From: Marsupella aquatica
Taxonomy: Eukaryota; Plantae; Marchantiophyta
DNA: 64,000 nucleotides
Reading direction: 5' to 3'
Assembly: GCA_973895155.1 (NCBI GenBank)
Contig: OZ316896.1
Span: forward strand, 3,634,738-3,698,737
Within the stretch, counting starts at the first letter, position 1. The number at the start of each line of letters is the position of its first letter. This document shows, one piece after another, positions 50,450-61,200 of the stretch. Below the pieces are notes generated by a model. It was given only the letters and a program-made list of their open reading frames with translations. It was not told the DNA's origin and ran no database searches. A program made the translations under genes and the position numbers.

Positions 50450-52200
50450 AAAATGTAAATCAAATACTTACAACAAACAAAAGGTGCTTACTCGGGGAGT
50501 CAGGGCATAGCGCTGCGGGTAGGCTTCCTGCCGCTGCGCCAGATGGGGAGGGGGCAGAATTGACCCCCAAAAGAGTAGGGTAATTGGCTTCCATGTAGTT
50601 TACAGCTCCAATCTAGACCTTGCCGCCTATTCACCTCAACTGGCAAGGGAGACAGGATATTAAAAGGCAAGAAACCCAGTTGGGGGGAGGGGGAACAATG
50701 AAAGGAAAAATCTTGAAATATCAAAGCGCCACAAAGCCAAAGAGTCGCAAACAACAGCTAAAGAACGAGATATACAGCCCTACTGAGCAACAAACTGAAA
50801 ACTAAGTCTCCAGAGTAAACTGTGTATGCACGTCACAAAGAGGAATTTGAATAGAAGCCTAGCTGCAAGCCCTAAACCCACTGCCCCAAAGATGGCCCCA
50901 ACAAGTATTCCTGAAAATACCACACCATATTATCCAAAGTATTGTACATTGTTTTGTCAAAACAGGGATGTTGCACACCTTAGTTAGGGTTCAACCTATT
51001 GTGACCCCAACCTTAGTCTGGTCACGGGCTTGCTTAAGGTTTGTTTCTTCATCGCCCAGGTGGCAAATCTCACCTTCTTAGAAGGAGAAGAATATAGGTT
51101 ATCTAGTTTCCCTAGACAAATTTCTGATTACCAGATTCTGGCTAGTGGGGTCTGTGGTTACCTGAGAAACTGGCTCAGCAAAGACAAAATGATCGGTGAA
51201 TCTTTGCCTGAGTGTCACTATAAATTTGGGAGAATGCTAAACAATTTCCAAAATTTTAAGGGAAAATTACATAGACTCTAAGGGTTCTGGGGATTGTGAA
51301 GGAAGCACTGCCATAACCGTGTGGTTGCTGATACTCCAGTGGTCCAGGCTGCAGGGCCACACTATTATTTACTAACAGCTTTTTACTAACCTGTCCCCTA
51401 AGCTACCCAATATTATAAACATGTCCTCCAAACAAAATTAATTATCAACCTATCCCTCGTTTTATATTTTGGGTTAATATGAACTCGTATACGGGTTCCT
51501 GTAGCCAAGTAGGGCCAAGGAAGGGGGACGAAGGGGTGTTGCGGTGGGCTCTCGCTATCCAGTAGCAACTTGTCACATGGGCAATGGGAGCCTGTATACA
51601 AGTTAATATTAACCCAAATACAAAATGGGGACATGGTGATAATTAATTTTGTTTTGGGGGCACATTAGCAATATTTAGTAATTTGGGGGACAGGTTAATA
51701 AAAAATTGTATTTACTAATTGGCAGACTGTGAGATTCCCACCTGTGTAGTGTAAAGACCTGGAAAAGGGGTAGTATGATTATAAGCCTCTGACCCTCCAC
51801 GGTAGGACTCTGAGGGGAAAATGGGGCTTATAGAAATAACACACCATGGCCAGGGCCCTAGTTTGCTTAATCTAAAGTCTCAAATTGCAAAGCACAAGAG
51901 CCTATCTTATGCAGAAGTGCTCTTATACATAGATGGAAGACAGCCAGAGGCACATTAAAGAGTAGCCATCTGCCTGTGTAAGTGGCTGCAATGAAGAAAG
52001 CACTGAAAGATCAAACAAAAGCACCTTCGAGGGATTAAAATAGCTTTACAACTTTAACTTCTATATTGCAGGATTAGTCCAACAACAGTGGCTAAAAGCC
52101 TCAATCATGGGTTCTGATTTCTGATTTCCTTGCAGCACTTGGGCTTTGCCTTCACTTCTCCGTCGTGAATAAAGCTTAATTGTGATCCATTACAAACATC
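50450..52200 (-). mobile_element. Decayed 3' part of an L1-like LINE, interrupted by a MITE
   Basis: Minus strand NFPLKFWKLF (~51240-51270) resembles SFPLKLWK in the L1 at ~35225; very degenerate. Confidence 0.35.
51376..51708. mobile_element. Mutator-like MITE (333 bp, long imperfect TIRs, 10-bp TSD)
   Basis: Exact TSD TATTTACTAA at 51366-51375 and 51709-51718; ends CAGCTTTTTACTAACCTGTCCCC / GGGGACAGGTTAATAAAAAATTG; inverted arms extend ~125 bp. Confidence 0.85.
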
Positions 52201-53241
52201 GTACTACAGTTGAGTACCGAAGCATGCAAACAATTGATCTACTGTAGTTCATAGATGTAAAGTAGATAATCACTCATTTCTAGAAATTGTTCGGGGTTTT
52301 AGATTAAAACTATATGAATCCAAAAGGCTGAACCAAAATTTCTAGTTTATGTAAAAAGACTGCTTTCATATATTCAATCTAGGTGTCGTCAACAGGGAAT
52401 GCCCAAAAAATGGGCTTTCCACTTGTAGGTTAAGAGCAGGATGCGTACCCAAGCTTACAAAATGTTGAAGTACTACAAGACCTATCCTTAAACTCATGAC
52501 TTAGTATGTACTGGCCCTTGTTTTGAAAATCTTTGAGAACTTCTACATTGATTTGGTTGTCCAAAAAAGTTTCCATGCAAATTTTTAGTTCCGTATTGAG
52601 TTTGTCCTGTCGTGTCACTTTTTGGCAAGAATAATCACCAGTCAAGCATGGTTAAGCAAGTTTGTGGATAAGTTCAACTGTTATCCAAAGATACACAAAC
52701 GAGGCACCAAATGAAACACTAGTATATATATAGATAGGTTTAGTGTAGGGCAAAGCTGTAAACTATTATAAGACCACGTTAACAAATTTTAAATTGCATA
52801 GCACGAGTCATGTGACACCTGTAGATGACCAATGGCAAACAAATAAAATGAAGTCCCACAGCATTTTTTACGATGTAGAATCCTAGCACCAAACCTGGTC
52901 ATTGAAAGTGCCAGTTTCCTATGCACAAGTACATATTACATTTGTGTTTTTTATGGACCCCATGAGAAGTGCCTCCCAAATTCCCCGGCACCATGTGCGG
53001 CCATGTCATCAATTACCATCACAAACAGGAATGTCTATGTTGCAACAACACACAGATGAGATGGATTGTGTTTGACATAAGCCAACAAAAATAGATAGAC
53101 CTTGGAAACATTAAAAAAAATTAAAGGAGATGTTTAAATAAACAAACATAGGGGTAACAAACTTAGACCGTGGGTGATTGTGCACAACAGTCACAAGAAA
53201 ATAGTGCATATAACCAAACCAAATAAGGTTCACAGTATCTT

Positions 53242-53304
53242 CAGGTATAAAAAGGCTTTCCAGTAAGGCTTTCCAACCCTTACTGGAAAGCCTTCTTATA
53301 CCTG
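53242..53304. other. 27-bp near-perfect hairpin (pre-miRNA-like)
   Basis: CAGGTATAAAAAGGCTTTCCAGTAAGG - 9-nt loop - CCTTACTGGAAAGCCTTCTTATACCTG, one mismatch. Confidence 0.6.
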
Positions 53305-54671
53305 GCTGTTGACAAAACCAAATAACTAATATGCTAAAAGTCACGTCCAGCACATTCACTATGAACCTGTTGGATTTTCAGGCATTAGGTTTTATTTGTT
53401 CCTGGATTTGTGTTTGGATGACGATATACAGTTTTGACTTTCTACTGCTAGGTTCATTGCTGGGTTTTCAAGATTTAAGTCTACGATGGTATGAAGCTGA
53501 TTTTCAGTGTGGAAGATAATTATCCAGTAAGGGTTGGGGCTGAGTTTCATTTGAGAATGTTGCTTACCAGTTTCAATTTGGCATGTGCGTCTATGACATT
53601 GGAACTTCTATTCTTAGCAAAAGTATGGTTTCTAATTTGCTACCTCTAATTTGCAGGCTTTTGTATTGCTGGGAGTTTTACTTCACTCTAGGACTGCAGT
53701 ATTTCCTAAACTTGCTTTGGCAGTTTCATGTTATGTTTTTTAGCGCCCTTACGGCTATCTTTTCTTTCAGCAAAGGAGGGCTTTCCCAGTTCAAAATGGC
53801 TGTCCATGGTTGTGCAGAGTTTGGTTATGGTCTCAATTTCTATCTGTTTCAATTTAAAGAAGACTAAAAACTAATCTATAAAAGTACTGAAATTAGCCAA
53901 ATGAGTGGACTAAATGGAAGAGGACTTCAAAAATCACTTAAAAATGTCCATGAAAAAAAGGTGGGAGGAGTTAACGACGGCCAATTCCAACCTGAGAATG
54001 GGGGTGGTCACCTTGACGTCATTGCATGTTAGCAATTTTGTTTTCCCCTCAAAAGCAACATGTCAACCATTTTGGGTTCAATCCTTGCCTTATGCATCTC
54101 ATGTATAGGTTTATGTGAAGTACAGCATGCATTCGAATGTGGGCCACGTAGGTATTTCTGCCCTTTGTTGCTTATCTAGATGGAGCACAAAAAGCTTTTT
54201 TCAAACCAAGTACAGGTCTACCTGACTCTAAAAAAGAAGGTCAACTTGAGGCTTTGGTTGTATTCCCTCATGACCAATGAGAAAGCACTATCTCTAGTTT
54301 GAGCGTACACACATAATTAAAAATTTGTAAATCCAAAGCATAACTACTCCACCTTTTCGAGGGGCTTAAGTTCCAACAAAGCGCTTAATCTTTGTCGTGG
54401 AGCAACCTTCGAGTTCATGACCTCTTCCTCGGTTTTATTTTTTATAGCTCACTGTCTTTCAAGAGAAAGTTGTACGACTGGCTTGGAGTAGGCCAAAAAC
54501 CCAATTTTATTTCATGGTATTTTTATATGACTACTACAACTATGACAGGCACCTATGATGCTCGGAGGATCAACTAAAAAAACACAGTAGACACAACGTG
54601 CAATGCAAAGAAAAAAAAGTATTTTCATATTATTTTGACCCAAGTCAAAGTGTACGCAAGAATATCAGGTG

Positions 54672-54935
54672 TCTGTTTTGACCACGCACTTTCGCCAACG
54701 CATTTCAGTCACCTTACAGCGTGCTCAAGCTCGGGCCGTCTATCATCGAGCTCTAACAGTGGGTGCTAGTGTGACTCCGCAGCGGCTAGCCCACCTAGAG
54801 GACATTCCTGTCCCACTTGCCGATCTAGTTTCGACACTTGATGTAGACCACTAGCTTGTTGCCACATTGGCTAGGTATGATGAGGACCTCGGTCCATTTG
54901 CGGTAGTTTTAGTTCCTCTTTCTTGGTTTTTAGGG
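54672..54935 (+). mobile_element. CRE-clade non-LTR element, short 5'-truncated copy, left half (ORF end plus proximal 3' UTR)
   Basis: Encodes SVLTTHFRQRISVTLQRAQARAV...VSTLDVDH*; about 9 differences in ~264 bp versus reverse complement of 55092-55354; stops at ...TTGGTTTTTAGGG. Confidence 0.9.
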
Positions 54936-57845
54936 AATATACACATACTTTATATAGAAAAAGGCCAAATAGAGTACAAAAGAATAAACAAGAGAGGTCC
55001 CAAGTGGACAAAACCAAACGCAAAAGAAGTGAGCAAAAGGAAACCCTAAAAACCAAGAAAGAGGAACTAAAAGAAGTGAGCAAAAGGAAACCCCTAAAAA
55101 CCAAGAAAGAGTAACTAAAACTACCGCAATGGACCGAGGTCCTCATCATACCTAGCAAATGTGGCTACAAGCTAGTGGTCTACATCAAGCGTCGAAACTA
55201 GATCGGCAAGTGGGACAGGAATGTCCTCTAGGGGGGCTAGCCGCTGCGGAGTCACACTAGCACCCACTGTCAGAGATCGACGATAGACGGCCCGAGCTTG
55301 AGCACGCTGTAAGGTGACTGAAATGCGTTGGCGAAAGTGCGTGGTCAAAACAGATAGCGGGGGCCCGGTGGGACCCATCCGGCCGTGAACATCCCGAGCA
55401 GCTTGGCGAAGAAGCCCGTCGAACTGATGATGAAGACGCCCAAATATCTCAAGAGCAAGGGGCAGGAAGCTATCAGATGAAGCTCGTGCAGCATATTTGG
55501 CCTCCTTCATTTGTGCTGCTCGTGATGCTGCTGCCCCTGCCGTTGTTGCCGCTGTCCCAATGATGTCTTGGCGCAATGGGTTTGCCACCACTACATCTGC
55601 CAAAGTACGGTGACCGTCACGGACCATGGTAAGATCCACCCGTAACCGCTGTGATGGAGGACCAGGTAACTCGAGCACCACCTCCCGCCGCGCGCAGACC
55701 AAAGAGCCAGAGAGAACCTGAGCAGTCGCATCTCTCACAGCGTCGTGAACAAAAATGGTTTCGCCACCCAAACTGCATCGAAGAAGATGGACACCTGTGG
55801 CATCACAAGGCTTCCCACAAGTGCAAGTAGGAGGTAAACCAGCAAGAAGTGGGTGGGGCAAGCCCATACGAAGACGCATGGCTGTCGCAAACTCCGCTGA
55901 AGACATCCGCAGGTGAGGAATGACTGGATTGGCCTGAAGCCAGCCTCCTGCGCCCTTCCCTCCGGAAGAAAGAATCCGAGCTCGGTCCGTGTCAGGTGCC
56001 TCGGTGAGGATGCTGGAGAGGGTGAAAGCGTGCATACGCCCAGCAAGGTCTGCCTGAAGACGGACGGGATCCAAGGATAAAAACTCCTGGAATGAAGGTA
56101 ACGCAGCTCGAACAGGATCGGGTAAGGATGACCGAGCCGTGCGCAAATGAACCTGAAATGGGAGGGAACCCTCCTCGACCTCCATGAGAGATGAAAGTAA
56201 AAAAGGTCGATCCTCAGTAAGGAAACGATCTGCCAACAATGAGAAGGCGGCCGCCCACGCGCCCAAGAAGGCCAAAGGTGCAAGGCGCTCAGTGGAAGTA
56301 AGCCCAAAACCACCGTGAGAAATAGGAAGACTGAGCTGTCGATGAAGCCACGGAGATGAGAGTAAAGTACCTGGCCCTAAAAGAGAGGCCAAAGTCTCAC
56401 GAATGGAGACATCAAACGCTCGGAGGTGTAGAGAAAGATCCTCGGTAGGGGGATGTGTCCGAGCCAAATAGGACGCACGAGGGTGGATGCATCTCAATAA
56501 CAACCCAAATGCTGCCTGAGAGTCTGCTAACTTAGGGAGCATAGGAGTAGGGGCTAAGGCAGCCTGGAGAGCGTCAGCAATGAAAGATGAGCAAAAGGAG
56601 GCGGTACCGACTGGGGAGCCAAGGACCCGAAGACCGTCGGCAGGACGTAAGAACCCAGGGGGAAGCGCAAGATCAGAGGGTAACCCAGCTGGACTCCATG
56701 CACGACTCTTCACCGGCTGTACTCGTAAACCGAGGCCCAACAAATGGGTGGAAAGGGTGGCGAGGGCAGAAGTAACAGCAAAAGGTGGACCAATGATGTG
56801 GGTGTCATCTGAAAGGGAGGGGAAGATACACTGGGGGTGGGCCGCGGAGGCTTCTCGTAAAGCAGTAAAATGGGCAATGGCAAAAAGAGGCCCACCCAAA
56901 GGGTCACCCTGACGTGTACCTTCTGCAGAAGAAAGAGTGGTATACACTCCTGTAGAGGTGTGATGACTATAGAAGAGGGGGGCCTCACACCCATAAAAAC
57001 AACGGACAAAGGGGATAAGGGACTGGATGTCTGGATCCGCTGCCCTCAAAGCACGAAAAATTGCTGCCCGAGAAACCGTATTGAAAGCATTGGAGACATC
57101 AACCTGGAGGACAACCCAATCAGGGTGGAGGTCCAAGGTAGTACGAATACCCGCAATAACTGTCTCACAACCGCCAGGAACGCCCACTGCAAACTGATGT
57201 GGAGAGAGATGATCCGATAGTGCAGAGCGATACTGCGATGAAAGTGCGCGAGACACCAGACGAAGAAAGACCTCTCCAATAGCTATGGGCCGAACACCCG
57301 GTGAAGACTTAGCCATGGCCAATAAACGAGAAGCACTCAAAAGCCGAGAGACGGGAGGAGGCAAACGGCCGGCAGCAATACACTGGCAAAAGGAGAAGAA
57401 AACTGGAAAACCAGACTGAGGATCCTCAGGGGGGAATAAATCACGAAAATGCTCAAAGACATAGCCAGAGGGGCCACCAGCCGCGCAACGCGGAGCATGG
57501 AGGAAAGCATAGGTGAAGTGGTCCCTACTAAACTGAAGATCCTCCTCAGGCTCAAAATCCTCCACGAACAAAGGGAGCTGATCATAGGGCTGCGGATGGA
57601 GATCCTGAAGGGCCGTCAAGGTGACCTCGCCAGGGGGGCTAGTGTGGTGGGAGAAAGGGCCTGGACCGCACGACGATATTCACCAGCCTGGGCCAAACGA
57701 CAAGAGCGACGAAGGCGTCTGTGCTCTGGAGGATGAGAGTGGCGAGCTGGGTCAGACAAAGCACGGGTAGTAAAGGAACGGGCTCGAAGAAAGTACTCTT
57801 CCTGAAGCTGTTCCCAATCTCCCCGCAGAAAACGATGGATACGAG
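54936..57845 (-). mobile_element. CRE-clade (RLE-type) non-LTR retrotransposon, 5'-truncated, nested in another copy
   Basis: RT+RLE ORF followed by ~236-nt 3' UTR ending ...AAAGTATGTGTATATT; flanked by AGGG at 54932-54935 and 57846-57849. Confidence 0.9.
55172..57619 (-). CDS. Reverse transcriptase + CCHC knuckle + restriction-like endonuclease of the CRE-like element
   Basis: VRPIAIGE, HQFAVG, VDVSNAFNTVSR, GTRQGDPLG, SLSDDTHIIG, LRVLGSPVG, LSLPISHGGFG; CTCGKPCDATGVHLLRC; HDAVRD..RVD..LADVVV..KEAKY..FLPLALEIFG. The coding sequence continues upstream to ~57845 (RIHRFLRGDWEQL) across a 1-bp frameshift in the G6 run at 57633-57638. Confidence 0.92.
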   Translation of the reverse strand: MTALQDLHPQPYDQLPLFVEDFEPEEDLQFSRDHFTYAFLHAPRCAAGGPSGYVFEHFRDLFPPEDPQSGFPVFFSFCQCIAAGRLPPPVSRLLSASRLLAMAKSSPGVRPIAIGEVFLRLVSRALSSQYRSALSDHLSPHQFAVGVPGGCETVIAGIRTTLDLHPDWVVLQVDVSNAFNTVSRAAIFRALRAADPDIQSLIPFVRCFYGCEAPLFYSHHTSTGVYTTLSSAEGTRQGDPLGGPLFAIAHFTALREASAAHPQCIFPSLSDDTHIIGPPFAVTSALATLSTHLLGLGLRVQPVKSRAWSPAGLPSDLALPPGFLRPADGLRVLGSPVGTASFCSSFIADALQAALAPTPMLPKLADSQAAFGLLLRCIHPRASYLARTHPPTEDLSLHLRAFDVSIRETLASLLGPGTLLSSPWLHRQLSLPISHGGFGLTSTERLAPLAFLGAWAAAFSLLADRFLTEDRPFLLSSLMEVEEGSLPFQVHLRTARSSLPDPVRAALPSFQEFLSLDPVRLQADLAGRMHAFTLSSILTEAPDTDRARILSSGGKGAGGWLQANPVIPHLRMSSAEFATAMRLRMGLPHPLLAGLPPTCTCGKPCDATGVHLLRCSLGGETIFVHDAVRDATAQVLSGSLVCARREVVLELPGPPSQRLRVDLTMVRDGHRTLADVVVANPLRQDIIGTAATTAGAAASRAAQMKEAKYAARASSDSFLPLALEIFGRLHHQFDGLLRQAARDVHGRMGPTGPPLSVLTTHFRQRISVTLQRAQARAVYRRSLTVGASVTPQRLAPLEDIPVPLADLVSTLDVDH

Positions 57846-58010
57846 AGGGGTTTCCTTTTGCTCACTTCTTTTAGTTCCTCTTTCTTGGTTTTTAGGGTTT
57901 CCTTTTGCTCACTTCTTTTGCGTTTGGTTTTGTCCACTTGGGACCTCTCTTGTTTATTCTTTTGTACTCTATTTGGCCTTTTTCTGTAAAAAGTATGTGT
58001 ATATATATTT
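57846..58010 (+). mobile_element. CRE-clade element, right half of the interrupted copy (distal 3' UTR)
   Basis: AGGGGTTTCCTTTTGCTCACTTC...GTAAAAAGTATGTGTATATATATT resumes exactly where 54935 stops; it is the reverse complement of 54936-55095. Confidence 0.9.
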
Positions 58011-58229
58011 TATACACACGGAGAGAAGATTTATGTGCTTCCTTCAATGTTCTTGGATTTATCCTCCTTGCCTGCGGTGCTTATTGTTTCTCCTCTGTCT
58101 CGCATTCTTTCCTTGCATTATTTCTCTAATACAAAATAGTAATCGTGTAATGAATATTCTCTTTGTAAGACAGAGATTTTTTCTATATGTCTTCATTGCA
58201 AGTGGTATACAAAAAATACATTTAGTTAA

Positions 58230-61200
58230 CCCCCAAGTTGTGGCACATAAGTAATAAAACCTGCTTGAGACAGAGTGAGCTTGAAACCTGCTGGGCACAA
58301 GTCACCCCTGGCCACCTAATATAACCAGGGCCCCACTCAGTTGGTTCATGACCTCTTCTGCATAAGCTCTTCTTCTTTTGATTCTGAAAGAACAGGCTAG
58401 ATTTCTCTGCTTGAATTGTAAATGTTAAATCTAATCTGGAAGGGAGGACTTTGCCACATCCCATCATACTTTTTTGACCCTTGCGAAGTGGAAGGCATCT
58501 TTGTTGAAGTGTCTCCACACTATCAGCATACTATAATACACATTTGAAGACAAGAGATGGGACTATGATTGGGTGCTTAATGCTCAGTGCACATAAAAAA
58601 GCAAGAGCATAAGGTGGACTGTATCACTTGACATGATTGTGCCCGCACATTGAACATATTTACCATACCACCATAAACCTGATTGTTCTTTTGTATTAGT
58701 GAGTGCATTTCCTTTTTATAGTGTTGTTCATTTTATGGAGCCAGGTGCATGTAGACAATTGCCTCTTGGTGTGTTTTATTGGACGGCACAAGACCGGTAA
58801 TGACCTCAACAGCAATTTATTCCTGCAATGCCAATACACAAATGGATAAACATGATCTGGCTATCTGTGCCATCCAAGTCCTAAACAATGAGTACTGTAG
58901 ATGATTGACTGAAGAAGTGAAGTGTTGAAACTCAAAGCGTCTGAAGTGCAAGGTAGTCAAAATTATATGACATATCCAAGAATATACCCCATGGTGTATA
59001 GCTTTGTTAAGACTTTGCAACAAAAGAGGTGTCGTTTCCATAGTTTAATGCCAAAGTATTGTCGGAGGGGGATCACTGGTGGTCCATCACACGATACCAG
59101 AAAAAGGAAGTTTGAATGTTCGAGAAGGCATAGCCAGGGCAGGCCATGTGGGGCGGAAGGGGTGTCACGAAGGCAAATAAAGTCTAATAAAACCATAAGG
59201 AGTTGAACGGTCAGGTGAATGTCATTAAATTTTAGGAACATAACATTACCTGTCAGTATAGTAATGGATTTTTTTGTGATGGAACACAACTGTCACAAAA
59301 AGGTTGATGAAGACAAGCGAGCAGCTGTTGGTTAACAAAGAGCATGGAAGATACAGCCTACTATGTGTACAACTGAAGGCACATTTAAGCTTCAATATGG
59401 ATAGCAAAAGATTGTTTTGAGACTATTGAACATTGCTGCTAGCTTACATCAGTGCCATACACAAACATCACACAAAAGGCATCCATATGCCACATATGTA
59501 ATGTTCAGGATCCACACCAGCCCCCTAGCTGGTTGTTAGTCAGAGCATACAGTCACACTATCTTCCGTAAACCAATCGCTTGCCATCTTGGATCGAGTGA
59601 CACTCATCCATGTACAAAATGCGGGCCGGTTAGTAGTCAACCAGGTACGAATAAGGCCCTAAGTTATTTTTTGACACTGTTATATGGTGAATAATGTATG
59701 TTCAAAGTTCCAATCACCCCCTTAGTTTTAAATTTAAATTTTCATTTATCTGTTTTGACACTGGGATGAAGTTTTAGAATGTTGTATTTGTCAAATTCAC
59801 AATTCTTGTATGTGTTAACGGTTGGACCAAGGACCTCCCCTTCCCACACACCATGCTCCCAACCAATGGGCTAGACCTAAAGCAAACAAATGAATGCATA
59901 AGTTTTCATAAATAGCCATGAGGTTTTCCTTGGTAACTTTAGGTTTCAATTAAAAGTGCACACAATTGTGTTCCTAGAAACTCTCTGAAAGCATGTGTAC
60001 ATATGAGTTATGTTACTCCATTTTCAACATGAATTACGATCATTACTTTGATACCCGGCGTCTTGTGTTACTAGCCATAACCTTTGTCACTTGGTTGCTC
60101 ACTTCTTTTATGTTTGGTTTTGTCCACTTGGACCCTCTTTTGTTTGTTTTTTTGTACTCTGTTTGGTCCCTTTTTGTAAAAAGTGTGTATATATTTGTAC
60201 TTAGGAATGATTCACTTTTTAATTTGCTTTAGTTTAGTTTTGTTTAATTTAGTTTTGTTTCTCTTTCTGGATTTTTAGGGGTTTCCCATTGCTCTCTTCT
60301 TTTGAGCTTGGTTTTTGTCAGATTTGGACCTCTTTTGTTTGTTCTTTTGTACTCTGCTTGCCCCTTTCTGTAAAAAGTTTGTATCCTCCCAAAAATTCAG
60401 ATGTCATAACTGTTCTTTAATTGTGCTACAAGACAAAATAACACATTATGTTCCATGATGGGCTAGCTACATAATGGATTCCCCAAAACAAAAGAGCAAA
60501 GGAAAAGCAAAAATGCGTGGAATGGTGGGACACATGTAGCCAAGTGTGGCCTAAAAAGCCATAATTGTGGTTGTGCACGTTCTTCCTAACAATTTTTTAA
60601 AAGTTATTCTCATTCCCTCCTTTACATGATTGGACGGCTACCTAGCCAAATCGTTCTGATTGTGGGCATGATTGAAGTGCAATATTCTATCTTCTTTTTA
60701 GCTAATATATTGTTTTCATTTGTGTGATGGGTCAATGGAAAACGGAGCTTATATTGACCGAACACTTTCCTTGCCCATCCTATGGACTGAGTAAAGTCAT
60801 CAGCTAAGTTCATTGACATCAGAAATAAAAGTGGCTGCCTGCTTTTGGAATGATATTTCACTGTTATAAAGGAAGTATACAAATAATGTTTCAGGCGTAG
60901 CGACCAACTGTAAACAACTGGTCTGGGACAGACTTGCCCATCTATTTGAATAACTTTTGGATCTTTTCCTAGGCTCAAATTTGGCCAGCATGTTCTTTGA
61001 TGTCCAAGGTATGATGACCTGACAAAGTTTAAGATTTTTCTGAGATCATTTGCTCCATTTTCATGAAATCAAAGACCATCAAATATTAAAAATCGATGAA
61101 AAGAGACGTTTCGCATTCTTGCCAAGTACACCCTGAGTAGTTAGGGCAGGAGCATCAACTTACATAGGTAAACCAACTGAACGTAGCTGGAATGGGTCAG

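Noticed and set aside
54936-58005. DIRS-, Penelope- or TIR-type element, or L1-style twin-priming inversion
   Set aside because: The protein is a CRE-type RT+RLE with no tyrosine recombinase, GIY-YIG or transposase; the inverted pieces differ by ~3-4% and join seamlessly into a second copy, which fits nesting.
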